Positions 1 to 11,000 of a stretch of 64,000 nt of DNA are shown piece by piece. The stretch lies in assembly GCA_900547975.1 (NCBI GenBank), contig URIX01000001.1, positions 16,291-80,290 on the forward strand, in the 5' to 3' direction. A program made the position numbers and the translations under genes. Each line of letters starts with the position of its first letter. The first letter of the stretch is position 1. This stretch comes from an uncultured Eubacteriales bacterium (GTDB lineage Bacteria; Bacillota; Clostridia; Christensenellales; CAG-917). The notes beneath the pieces were generated by a model. That model was not told the origin of the DNA. It ran no database searches and saw only the letters and a program-made list of their open reading frames with translations.

Positions 1-2379
1 TTATACACGGTGTCTGCGGCGTTCTTTGCCACGAGTTTGACATAAAGTGCAAACCAACTCTTTTGCTCGGTGTCCTTGCGCTCTATCTCGAAAGTGTCGA
101 AAGAATATGACGTATAGGTGTTGGAAAGGACATAATCTTTTCCGTAATTCACCACCACTCTCTTGTTCAAATTCCAAATCGCGCTGTTGAAGTACACGAG
201 CGGACGACGCGAATCGGTAAATGACATTCTGTTGTCGTTGTCGGGGTCGAGAACGACGATACCGTCGTTTAGGTGCATGGTGTAATTTGTCGTGCCTATC
301 GACACAATCAAAGTGGATTGATCGATACCGCCCGTTAAATACGCTTGTCTGCCGTCGACGGTTATGCTTCCGTCGCGTGCGATAGTCATATCTTTAAGAG
401 GCGTAACGGGCACGACTTCGTCATAGTCGTCGCCCTCGCCGTAATCGCCGTATCCGTTGTCTTCTTCCCACGAGTCGGAACCCGACGAACTCGTCGCCGC
501 GGGTATCGTGGTCATATTCGTCTTGTACGTTCCTACGATGTCGTCGGAAAGCACCACGACGGTTGCGACCGCTTGCAAACCGAGATAATCGATTTTGACG
601 GTATACACACCGGGCGTAAACGTATCGACTTTGCCTTCGAGCATATCCGCCGTGGGTTGAACGTAATCCGTGCCGTCCTTTATCTCGAACAAATCGCGAG
701 TGTAGACCGTATCTCCGCCGAAAACCACTTTGCCTTTCGGCTCGACGGACACGTTGGACTTGATTCGAACCGTAAACTCTACTTCCACGGGGTCGCTGTC
801 CACGCCCTCGACATAAACCGCGATTCTGACGTATTGCACGCCCACCGCGTCAAAGTCGACGGGGTCGGAAAGCAGTTTTGCCCAAACGGTCAAATCGTCC
901 TCTTTTGCAATTTCTTTGTCTGCTATCAACGCTCTGCGAATACCGTTGATTCTTGCGTTGACGTTTTTGAAAACGTTGTAAGAAGTCGTGCCTTTTGCAA
1001 GCAAGACTTCATCCTCTATGACGGAAAGTTGATAAGTGTTCTCTTTCACGACGTAGTGGATTGTTTGAGTGACGGTAGTTGCCGTCGAGTCGAATTTATA
1101 CGGAATTTTCACGTCGACGGAATACGAACCCACAGTGTTGAAATCAACATTATTGGTGTCCATATGGTATTCCGAGCCGTTCCCGTAAGTCACAAACGAG
1201 AATTTCAAGCCGTTGACAATGACCGAAACGTCGTTTGCAAAATCGTATTCGTTTTTATTCGTGCCCTTTTTGACGATTATCGTGTCGCCTTTTGGCATAT
1301 TGATGACAACGCCGCGCTTAACCTCGACGGTCGCGGTCGCGGTTTGTCCCTTATAGGTAAGCGTAATCTCGTTGACGCCTATCGACGAATAGTCGATACT
1401 GCCCGAAATCATTTCTATTGTTACGGGCACGTTGACGTCGCCGTCCTTGATTGTGAACAGACTCGTCAAGTCGATAAATCCGCCGTTGGGATAAGTAACG
1501 ATATCGGACGCAGTCAAAACGACCGTCTTGGGCGCAACTATCTTAACTTTCGCCACCGATTCTTCGCTGTCTTCCATATAGGAATAGGAAAGTTTTACGT
1601 CATACTCGTTGCCTTCCTCGACGTTTTGCAAAGCGGACAAATCGAGCATATCTTCGGTTATACGCACCACTTCGCCGTCAAGATACAGCGAGAACAGCGA
1701 CGTAAAGTCGAATGACGCGAGTTGTGCTTTTTCAAGTTGCAAAACCTTGTAGGAATTGACGATTTCGATGAGGTGCGCCTCTTTGACGTGCACTCTGAGC
1801 GTTTTCGTAATGTTGTGGAAAGTTACGCTGACCGTATAGTCGCCGACGTCTCTTTTGACGTTGTTTGCAACCATATCCGAAGTTATTTCAACCGCCTCGT
1901 CGTCTTCGGTCACAGTGAAAAGCGCGAGAAAATCGAAGTTCTCGTCGATTTGCAACTGCGTGACGACGATTTCTTCCTGCGCAAGTTCGACGGCGTACTT
2001 GGTTGCCTGTATGGACACGGTGCAAGTCACACTTTGGTCCTTATAGGTGCAAGTGACGTAGCCGTCTTCTTCCGAGTTTTGCGGAAGATGACTCAAATCG
2101 AGGTATTCGGATTGAATCATAATTTGCTGTCCGTCAATCGTAATCACGAAAAGCGACGTAAAGTCAAAATCCGCGAACACTTTTTCGTGGATAGTCACAC
2201 TGGACTGCTTTGCGACTACGCTGATAACCTCCGGTTCGGGTTGTGGCGGTTGCGGCTGCGGCGGATTCGGCGGGGTCGGGGTATCACCCCCCCCCCCCGC
2301 CGTTATCGTTACATCCCGCAAATGTCAAAGCAGTCAATATTAATATTAAAGCAATTACTATAATTAATTTTTTCTTCAT
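1..2379 (-). pseudogene. Surface lipoprotein with tandem ~75-80 aa Ig-like repeats. The signal peptide and the body are in different frames at a G12 tract (phase-OFF state or homopolymer error). The 3' end runs off the left window edge.
   Basis: ATG at 2377-2379 gives MKKKLIIVIALILILTALTFAGC (lipobox) NDNGGGG, then an in-frame TGA at 2284-2286. By my manual translation the neighbouring frame is open from 2324 to position 1 (GDTPTPPNPPQPQPPQPEPEV..., then repeated modules with xFDFTSLF..DG motifs). It is absent from the ORF track because it has no stop inside the window. Confidence 0.7.
2287..2298. repeat. Homopolymer: C12 on the + strand, G12 on the coding strand
   Basis: Counted directly (gtatca + 12 c + gccg). 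The + strand ORF 2243..2563 translating HPPPPP across the run confirms the count. Confidence 0.95.
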
Positions 2380-2416
2380 AAATATCGACCACGACATTAA
2401 GTCTTTATTTTGTGAA

Positions 2417-5098
2417 TCAGCCGACGTTGTAGTCGCCGAAGTTGTAAACGGACAACCAGAAATATCTGGTGTGGTTGTTTGTCATAACGATTGTGAGTTT
2501 ATCGCCATAGGAGAACACCATCTTCCTGTCGGCTTTGCCCGACAAGCCGCCCGACACGTCTGACACGCCGGAGTTGTAGGTGAATCCCACGCTGTTCATA
2601 ACGGATTTGATTTCTGCAAACATCTCGTTGAATCCGGTGTTCGTTAAATTGTTCTTTTCGTCGAGATATTTTTGCGGCGCAACCGATGTGAATTTGACGT
2701 AATCGGTGTATACCGTCGTGTCGTCTGCAAGTTCTTCGGAATCGTATTCGTAGAAAAACGGTGTGTTGATGTCGTCGCCGAATATTCTTCTGAACGTTGC
2801 CATCGTCGGGAATGCGGAAGCGTTGTCTTTGAACACGTTTGCGATTACGACGTCGAGAGTTACGTTGTGCGTGCAAGGACCTGCGGACGGGTCGTGGAAT
2901 GCGCCCGTCTTCTTGTTGTAGCACGGATACTGTTTGAAATCGCTCGTATGCAAATTGTAGTAAGCATTGGTCGAGAGGTCTTCCCATTCGGGCAATACTC
3001 TGGGTTGATAGCCGTCGAATTCGTCGGTGAACAAATCCGTTGCGTTAACTTTCGAGTAAGTCGTGAGGCAGTAACCTGCGTATGCGGAATAAGCGTACGG
3101 GAAGGACGTGGAAACCACGTTTCCGTTGCTGTCAACCGTAATCGTAAACGCGTGTTGCGAGGAAGCAGTCGTGCTGTTCACGTCGGAGTGCATACAAACT
3201 TCTTTTGCCGCTTCTTCGATGATTTGAGTGTTGCGAAGCACGTACTTTGTCACGGTCTTGTTGTTTGCGTCCGTTTGGCTGCCCGCAAACTGAAATACGT
3301 CTGCCGACAAGTTCCAACCGGGCAACAATTCGGTGAGGCTGCCGACATATTGGTTCACACCTTCGAGTTTTTTCGAAGTAGTGTTGTACTCGAAATAGTC
3401 ATAAGTGCTTTCGTCGATTTGGTAGTATCCCGAGTACTTGAACCAGTACGGCGCGGTATCGTCGGAATAGTATTCGTATTTGCCCGTTCTCGTCAACAAA
3501 ACCTTGTCTTGCGTGACTTTGCCTGCAAGACCTACCGTTCCGCTGTAGCCGCCTGCGGGGAATTTGGTCGTAGCTGCCGCGCTTGCGGAAGATATGCTTG
3601 CGGTGTAATCGCTTGCATCGGGGGTAGGCGTAGTCGTTGCGACTTCGGACGTTTTGAACGCATAACTCGTTGCCGCCTTCATCTTTGCAAGAGCGGTTGC
3701 GAGCGCGTCGTTTTGCACGTAGTGTTTATACGGTGCGGGGTCGGGAACAACGGTTTCGCCGATATCTTCGAAGGTAAATTCAATCGTCGTGTACGCTCTG
3801 TTCATGTTTGTACCCGTTTCTTCTGCGGTCTTTGCCAAAATCTTGGTGATTTGACCGTTTTCCATCTTGAAATACAGGTTTTCGAGAGTGTCTTCGAGCA
3901 TCGGGGTGAAGCTATACGAGAGATACGTCATAAGATAGTAGTCGTACTCGTCGTCAACGTATTCTTTGCCTTCGGAATCGACGATTTTCCATACGTACTC
4001 GAACACGTCTTCTTCGGGTCTGTAAACGAATTTCTTTTCAACGTTTTTAGCGAATTGACCGATATGGTTCCAGTAATGTTGGTTTTCCCAGATATACGGG
4101 AAACTCATACTGTCCGTCTGCACCTTCGTTGCGACCTTGTTGTCTTTGTTGATGTAGACTCTTTGTGTCGCGTGACCGATAGTGCCGTTCGCGTCCTTGT
4201 AGTCTGCGGATTCGCTTGCTTTGTAACTGTCGGTGATGACAGTCGCCTTTTCGTCGCCTACCGGCGTTGCAAACCATTCGCCGTACCACTTACCTTCGGA
4301 CATCATAACTTTGGTTTGATATTCGCGGTTTGTGGTAGAGCCGTCTGCAGCGTCGAAAAACACGTCGGTTACCACGCCGTTGACGGTTATGTTCTTGTTG
4401 CCGAGCGCTTCGATAAGTTCGGTGGTAAGGATGTTGTCGTCCTTGCCTTGGACTTGACCTTTGACGGTGGGCGCTTTGACATAGTAGGTTCTCGATTTGG
4501 TTACGGATTCAAAATCCTTGAGGGTTGCCGTGACGACGAGAGTGCTGTCGTGTGCGGGTTCGCCGATAATCGTGATTTCGTTGCCCGAGATTGTTGCAAG
4601 GGTTTTGTCGCTTACCGACAAAATAACGGGACTCTTGTCTGTCGATGAGGCATTAACCGTAAATTTATCGCCCTTTTCGAGTCTCGAATTTTCGGGCTTC
4701 GACGAAGTCATATAGATTTCGGGAAGTTGAACGGGTGCGGTCATCTTGAACGTAACCGTCTTGGACACGTTGGGCAATCGCTTGATTTTTGCCGTGAGTT
4801 TAATCTCGGTATCCTCCGTTGCGTCTTTGAGAATGACGAGAGTGTTGCCGCTCAGTTTTGCCAATTCTTCGTTGTCAACGCTCACTTCGTACGGGCTGTT
4901 GTCGGACACGGCAACCAAGAACTGGATCTTGTTGCCTTTGGTGACGATAGAGCCGTCGTCAACGGAAGTCGTGATATTGATGGACGGCAAATTGTCGTCG
5001 CCCTTGTCGTCGCAAGCAACCAAGAACAACATACAAGCGACCATCAGTACGCAAACGAACGATATAACGCTCTTTTTCAATGTTTTGCGTGTTTCCAT
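2417..5098 (-). CDS. Surface lipoprotein, 893 aa, Big-like N-terminal repeats, function unknown; distant paralogue of 5159..7501
   Basis: ORF track. Signal peptide plus lipobox ...MLFLVAC/DD. AAGGAG RBS upstream of the ATG at 5098. Shared C-terminal motif RIFGDDINTPFF versus TFFGKDDIGEKLPFF in the neighbour. Confidence 0.85.
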   Translation of the reverse strand: METRKTLKKSVISFVCVLMVACMLFLVACDDKGDDNLPSINITTSVDDGSIVTKGNKIQFLVAVSDNSPYEVSVDNEELAKLSGNTLVILKDATEDTEIKLTAKIKRLPNVSKTVTFKMTAPVQLPEIYMTSSKPENSRLEKGDKFTVNASSTDKSPVILSVSDKTLATISGNEITIIGEPAHDSTLVVTATLKDFESVTKSRTYYVKAPTVKGQVQGKDDNILTTELIEALGNKNITVNGVVTDVFFDAADGSTTNREYQTKVMMSEGKWYGEWFATPVGDEKATVITDSYKASESADYKDANGTIGHATQRVYINKDNKVATKVQTDSMSFPYIWENQHYWNHIGQFAKNVEKKFVYRPEEDVFEYVWKIVDSEGKEYVDDEYDYYLMTYLSYSFTPMLEDTLENLYFKMENGQITKILAKTAEETGTNMNRAYTTIEFTFEDIGETVVPDPAPYKHYVQNDALATALAKMKAATSYAFKTSEVATTTPTPDASDYTASISSASAAATTKFPAGGYSGTVGLAGKVTQDKVLLTRTGKYEYYSDDTAPYWFKYSGYYQIDESTYDYFEYNTTSKKLEGVNQYVGSLTELLPGWNLSADVFQFAGSQTDANNKTVTKYVLRNTQIIEEAAKEVCMHSDVNSTTASSQHAFTITVDSNGNVVSTSFPYAYSAYAGYCLTTYSKVNATDLFTDEFDGYQPRVLPEWEDLSTNAYYNLHTSDFKQYPCYNKKTGAFHDPSAGPCTHNVTLDVVIANVFKDNASAFPTMATFRRIFGDDINTPFFYEYDSEELADDTTVYTDYVKFTSVAPQKYLDEKNNLTNTGFNEMFAEIKSVMNSVGFTYNSGVSDVSGGLSGKADRKMVFSYGDKLTIVMTNNHTRYFWLSVYNFGDYNVG

Positions 5099-5158
5099 TG
5101 TTTTTCTCCTTTTGAAAAAATTTATATTTTTTTGTGTTTTACGATGTTAGTTTCGCAC

Positions 5159-7501
5159 TCAGTCCTTCCAGACGTAAATGAGGAAGTCCAAACTCGAATC
5201 GACGGGCGCAACCCAAATGCCGTTGGCTTCGTCGTGGTATTCGTCGTATTGATTGCGGACGAATCCTTTTTGCTTCAAGAATTCTCTGACTGCCGTGAGC
5301 GACGAGTTGATGGTGTAATCCACGTCAAGCGGCACGTCATAGTAGAACACGATCGCGCTCTTTGCCGTCTTCGTTCCGCCCGGCGTTTTCGTCATAGTCA
5401 TACCGAATCCGTACGTATCGCCGAGTACGTTGCCGAAGAAAGGCAGTTTTTCGCCGATGTCGTCTTTGCCGAAGAACGTCTTTAAGAAGGTCAAAGCATT
5501 GACTTCTTCGTCGTCTTCAGTCGTCGAAGATTCTTCGTTGCGGACTTGAACGGTGAGTTGCGACCATTCGGTCGGCACTTGTCTCGTTTCGAACTCGACT
5601 TGCACGCCGTCGGGAACTGCCGCTTGATTGAGATCGCTGTATTTGATCATAACCACGCCGTACATAGAGCCGAGGTAGAAGTAGAAGCACGATTCGGTGA
5701 TATAACCGTCTTTAACCACGACGAACGGCGTAAATTGCGTGTTGAGCGTAAAGCCCTTTGTTGCGAATATACCGTAGAGGTTGACGTCGTTGCCCACGCC
5801 GTAATAGAAAGTGGACGCAACTCCGCACATCGACTCGTTGACGTAGTAAGTTGTCGTACCCGCTTCCTCGTCCTCCGCGTATCCGCTGAAAATTTCGGAC
5901 GAGAACGCAAACGACGGTCGAGCGTTGTCGAACGTGGTCTGATAAGCGCGACTCGCTTTGTACGTTACGGGGTCGCTTTCCTCTGTTTTTTCGTTTTCGC
6001 TGAAAGCGTTGTAGAGGTTGTCGCTTATTTTCTTATATCCGTAAGAAGCGTTTTGTTCGTACGTTCTGATTTCGTTCTGATTGTTGTCGTATCTAACGCT
6101 GAACGGCGCGAAGTAGCACAAATCGTTCGTTACGGTTTCGACGAATCCGCCGTACGAACTGCCGTATTGCGAATTTGTCATTTGATAGAAGTCGAGTTTG
6201 TAACTTTCAAGCGCACGCATATTGTCGATTGCGGTTTGAAGTTTAGAATACAACGCGTCGTACTTTTCGTCGTGGTGGAATTTTCCGACCTTCGGCACTT
6301 CCACGCTCTGGCTCGTGTTGATTGCAAGATAGAGCGATTGAATGCCCCTATACCCTTCCACGATTTGATAATCGTCCTTGCTTTGAGCGTAGATACCAAC
6401 GATTTCGCCCTCGTCGATGATGAGCCCCCAAGCGTTGACCTCGAAATCGTAAGGCGTTGCGGCGGCAACGAGGCGTTTTGAAATCGTTTCGTCGCCCTTG
6501 AACATCCAACGCCAAGTATTTTCGTCAAACTCGAAATCGTCAACGGACAAGTCGGTAAGGCTGTTGTAAAGACCGGATTCCGTCCAAGTCACCACTTCTT
6601 CGTCATCGCCGAGCATAGGAATGTATTGTTCCTCGTTCATAAAACTTACGCTGACCTGATTCGCTTTGCCGTTACGGTTGGTGTAGTAAATGCCGGTCTT
6701 GAGACCCGTCGAGGAATCTTCGTATTCGGCGTACCAGTTGTTGCCGTCCATAGCGGTTCTTATGGGAAGCGTAACCGTTCTGTAAAACGAGCCGAACAAG
6801 TCCGTTTTGTAGAGGTCGATTCTGTCGTATCCCTCGAATCCGACTTTTGCGTGGTTGAGCGCTGAAAGCATATCTGCGGTAAGCGCGGTTTTTGCAAGCA
6901 CCCAAATATCTTTTTCGGCAAAGCACTCGTCGTTGTCTGCGACCGTCGCCGTAACGGTGACTTTCTTGTCGCCGCTCACTTCGGCTGCGGTAACTTTGCC
7001 GTTTTCGTCGATGGTTGCGTATTGATTGCCGTCAACGATTTCCCAAATAATCTCGCCGTTTTTCGCTTCCTTGCCGTCGATGTACGCTTTGAGCGTAATG
7101 CTCTTGCCGCTTCTCACTTCGGAAGTTTTGGAGATTGTGACGGTCACTTCGTCGGGGTTTGGAACAATACCCGTACCCTTGAAAAGTTTTTCTTCGCTCT
7201 TTGGCGAGTCGTTATATCCGCTTGCTTTTGCGTACACGCAGTAAAGAATGTCGTTTACGGTCGAGGCAACCTGATAGGAAGTCGTGTCAGTGGCATATTC
7301 CTCGCCGTTGAGAACGACGACGTAGGAAGTTGCGTTTTCTACTGCGTTCCAAGTGATGAGTCCGCCTTGCGACATTTCGACGTTTTGCGGCGTCGAAAGC
7401 GTGGGCGTGGTCGGTTCGGAATTGTCGTTGCAGGCAACCAACGCCGTAAGCGCGCAAAGCACGATGAGAGTTACAAACAAAATATTGTTACGTTTTTTCA
7501 T
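5159..7501 (-). CDS. Surface lipoprotein, 780 aa, Fn3-like plus Big_2-like N-terminal modules, function unknown
   Basis: ORF track. Lipobox LTALVAC/ND. PQNVEMSQGGLITWNAVENATSYVVVLNGEEY (Fn3-like). ITLKAYIDG...ATIDENGKVTA...VTVTATV (Big_2-like). Confidence 0.85.
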   Translation of the reverse strand: MKKRNNILFVTLIVLCALTALVACNDNSEPTTPTLSTPQNVEMSQGGLITWNAVENATSYVVVLNGEEYATDTTSYQVASTVNDILYCVYAKASGYNDSPKSEEKLFKGTGIVPNPDEVTVTISKTSEVRSGKSITLKAYIDGKEAKNGEIIWEIVDGNQYATIDENGKVTAAEVSGDKKVTVTATVADNDECFAEKDIWVLAKTALTADMLSALNHAKVGFEGYDRIDLYKTDLFGSFYRTVTLPIRTAMDGNNWYAEYEDSSTGLKTGIYYTNRNGKANQVSVSFMNEEQYIPMLGDDEEVVTWTESGLYNSLTDLSVDDFEFDENTWRWMFKGDETISKRLVAAATPYDFEVNAWGLIIDEGEIVGIYAQSKDDYQIVEGYRGIQSLYLAINTSQSVEVPKVGKFHHDEKYDALYSKLQTAIDNMRALESYKLDFYQMTNSQYGSSYGGFVETVTNDLCYFAPFSVRYDNNQNEIRTYEQNASYGYKKISDNLYNAFSENEKTEESDPVTYKASRAYQTTFDNARPSFAFSSEIFSGYAEDEEAGTTTYYVNESMCGVASTFYYGVGNDVNLYGIFATKGFTLNTQFTPFVVVKDGYITESCFYFYLGSMYGVVMIKYSDLNQAAVPDGVQVEFETRQVPTEWSQLTVQVRNEESSTTEDDEEVNALTFLKTFFGKDDIGEKLPFFGNVLGDTYGFGMTMTKTPGGTKTAKSAIVFYYDVPLDVDYTINSSLTAVREFLKQKGFVRNQYDEYHDEANGIWVAPVDSSLDFLIYVWKD

Positions 7502-7516
7502 ATTCTCTCACCCCCC

Positions 7517-8080
7517 TTAATAATTGTAGACGTATGCGAGTTTGACGGTTTTGCCGTCCTTGAGTTTGAACCCGCAGTTGATGTTCGTCAGTTTATCGCC
7601 CGAAAAAGCGCAATCGAGAGCGGCGTTTCCGTCAATATCGTACGAGCCGAGTTTGAATACGCTTGCAAAGTCGCCTTCGGGGATTTCGCAACCGAATCCG
7701 TTTGCGTTCGCATTGAAGTTCTGCGCGCTCGATTCGGACAACGAAAGCGGCAACAACGTCGATTTTTCAACGCCCGATTTTTGTTCGGTGGTCGTGTTGC
7801 TTTCCAGTCTGAAATTCGCATTCAGTTTCTTTTCGGTGATTTCCAAAGTGGCGTTCGAGCCGTCAATGGTTACGTTTCTTTGATATTCGTAAACCAACGT
7901 GTCGCCGTCAAAGACGCTCAAAGTCGATACGAGCGTTTTGACGTCGTTCATCGATTTGTTCATATTGTCGCTGTACGTTGCAAAGTCTTTTGCTTGGTTG
8001 CAAGCGCAAAGACATATCGCAAGCGCAAGAAGCGTCGAAATCGTCAGGAATATATATTTCTTTTTCATATTCTTTTTCAT
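7517..8080 (-). CDS. Small lipoprotein, 187 aa, unknown function
   Basis: ORF track. Lipobox LCAC/NQ. Starts 18 nt after the upstream gene and ends 15 nt before the downstream gene. Confidence 0.8.
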   Translation of the reverse strand: MKKNMKKKYIFLTISTLLALAICLCACNQAKDFATYSDNMNKSMNDVKTLVSTLSVFDGDTLVYEYQRNVTIDGSNATLEITEKKLNANFRLESNTTTEQKSGVEKSTLLPLSLSESSAQNFNANANGFGCEIPEGDFASVFKLGSYDIDGNAALDCAFSGDKLTNINCGFKLKDGKTVKLAYVYNY

Positions 8081-8098
8081 ATTCGTTCGCCCCCCCTA

Positions 8099-11000
8099 TC
8101 ACAAAATGCCTCGTTTGATGACGAGTACCGCGCCCGCAAGAGCGAGAGACGTCGAGAAAAGGATAACGGCAAAGCCGAGATTATCCGTCGATTGTTTGAG
8201 CGGTTCGACTTGTTCGGCAAGCGAGTTGCGGTAGTCGTTGTATGACGTTTTCAAAGCGTTGAGTTTGGTCAAATCGAGGATATTTCTGTCGCTTCCGTCG
8301 AGTTGGTTGATTTGTTCCAGAACGTCTTGTATCGTCGCAAGGTCGTCTATGGAGAACGTGTCGGGCAACTCGTCGATGAGTGCTTGCACTCTCTTGACTT
8401 CATCGCTTGCGTTTGCGAACTTGATGTTTCTTATCGTGTTCTTTGCCGCTTGCACGCTTGCAACGAGCGCGTCCCATTCTTCCTTGTCGAAGCCATACGC
8501 CGTCGGGTCTTGCGTCACGGAATTGTAAGCCGTAAGCGCGTTGTTGACGAGTTTCTCGTTGACGAGGGTCACGTTTTTGAGTTTAGCGACCTGTTGTGCG
8601 TATTCGTAGAAGGTCAACATACTATTTTGCATTGCGACGTAGTCGCTTCTCAAAGCGTCCTCGACCTTTCCGAAATACACTTCATACACGAGCGAATCGT
8701 AACCTTCGACGTCGGCGTTGCCGGGCAGAATCATTTGGATAGGTTCTTTCTTTCCGAGCAAGTCGATGAAGTTGAAGTAGTACAACTCGTATCCGAAGAT
8801 GTCGAATTGATTGTGCAACTTTTCATAGCCGGGGTCGTTCTCGGTGAGTTTTGCGTCCTTTTTGTAGGAATCTTCCATGGCGGGCGCAACGACGGATTTG
8901 AACTCTACGCTCTTGAGTGCGGTATAGCCGTAGAAAGCGTATTGACCTATGCGTTTAAGACCGTCGGGCAACACGATTGACGCGATATGCGTGTTAGAGT
9001 TGCCTGCGTAGTCGTCGATACGCACGGTGCCGTCCATAACGTTGAGTACGCTTGCGTAAGAGCCGCCGGGGACTGCCTTCAATTCGTACTTGCCGGACGC
9101 GAGTTTGACGTAGAGCGAACCCTCGTAGAGCAATGCGTAATCGTTGATTGCGCCCTTTTGCGCAACGTTGCCGTCTTTATCGAGGAACGAGAAGTTTCTG
9201 AGCGACGAGCAGCCGTAGAATGCGCCCACGCCCACGCTTTCGAGTTTGTTCGAGAAGGTGAACGATGCGAGCATAATCGCTTTTGCGAATGCGGAATCGC
9301 CTATGGTTTTAAGCGCGGGTGCGTTAAACAAGATGATATTCGTCGCTTGGAAAGCGTATTTGCCGATATTTTCGAGTTTGCTTGCGCTTATGCTTCTCGA
9401 AAGACCCGTTTGAGCGAATGCGCCCTCGCCTATCGAAACCGCTTTGTCGATATTCGCGCTGGTAAGACTTGCGAGCGTAAACGCGTAATCGCCTATCTTC
9501 GTCACGTTTTCGAGGTTGATAGCGGAAAGCGATTCGCAGCCGCCGAACATATACGACGGGATTTCCGTCACGTTGTCGGGAAGCGTCACGCTTTGAAGCG
9601 CCGTGCAGTATGCAAACGCATATTCGCCGATACTCGTCACGGAAGACGGAATCGTCACGGATTTAAGTTTTTTGTTGTACACGAACGCGCCTTCGCCGAT
9701 GGATTTAAGCGTATTCGGAAGCACAATCGTTTCGAAGCACGGTGCGGAAGCAAACTGGCTGTAACGTCCGAACGCGCCTTGACCGATAGTTTCGACAATC
9801 GGGATAAGAACTTCGCCGAGACCCGAACAATCCGCAAAAGCGTATTTGCCGATATTTTTGACGTTCGCAAGGTTTACGGACATCAGTTTCGTACAACCGT
9901 AGAACGCTTCGTCGCCGATAGTATCGATCGTTTTGCTCAAATCGATTGTGACAAGGTTGGTGTCGTTTGCAAAGCAACCGTTGCCGATTTCAACGCCGCC
10001 GTCGGCAGGCATATTCACCGTTCTGAGTTTCTTACAGTTTTGGAACACGCCCTTTCCGAGCGTAGTGTTTGCGCCTATCGTAACGCTTTCGAGAGAACTG
10101 TTGTAGAACGCGCCCTCGTCGCAGACTGCGTTTGCTCCGACCGATGCGGTTTGAAGCGCGGTGTTTGCAAACGCGTATTCGCCGATATGCGCCACTTTAT
10201 CGAGGTTTTCCACTTCAACAAGGCTCGTGCAGACAGTAAACGCTCTCTTTCCGATATTCACGCCCGCTTGCGTAGGCAAAGTCACCTTTTTGAGTTTTTC
10301 GCAACTTGCAAAGGCAAACGCGCCGATTTGCAAATCTTTGTTGGTTATAGTGAGCGACGTTACGTTCACGCCCGCAAACGCGCTGTCGGCAATGGTCGTG
10401 TACTTTTCGTCAATCGTCAAATCGCCGTAGTCGACGCCTGCCGCCGCCAAAACTATTGTTTTGCCGTCTTTCGAGGTGAGATAGCGACCGCTCGACGAGT
10501 AGTTCGGATTGCTCGAAGGCATTACGAATGTATCGAGGACGGTATCCTTGAACACGAAGCCCTCAATCTTTTTAATTCTCGTATTTGCGCCGAAAACGAG
10601 CGTTTTGAGTCCGCCGCACTTGTAAAACGCATACGAATCGATTTGCACGTCGCAATTCGGAAGCGCAAACGTTTCAAGTCCCGTCGAATTGTAGAACGCT
10701 TGCTCGCCGATCGTGCCGAGAGTGCCTTCGATGGTGAAGTTGACAAGGGACGGGCAATCGCTGAACGCGCCCTTTTCGATTGCGTTAAGATTGTTGTGAA
10801 GCGTCACCGAAACGAGGTCCGAGCATCTTGCGAAGCAATATTCGGGGATAGTGGTGCGTTCGCTATAAATATCGACGCTTCTGAGTCCCGATTTTGCAAA
10901 CATCGCATAGGACAACTTGGTGTTTTTCACAAGCGTCACGCTCGTGAGTGCCGTGCAGCCCTTAAACGCTTCTTTGCCCGTATTTCTCAACGACGTGAGG

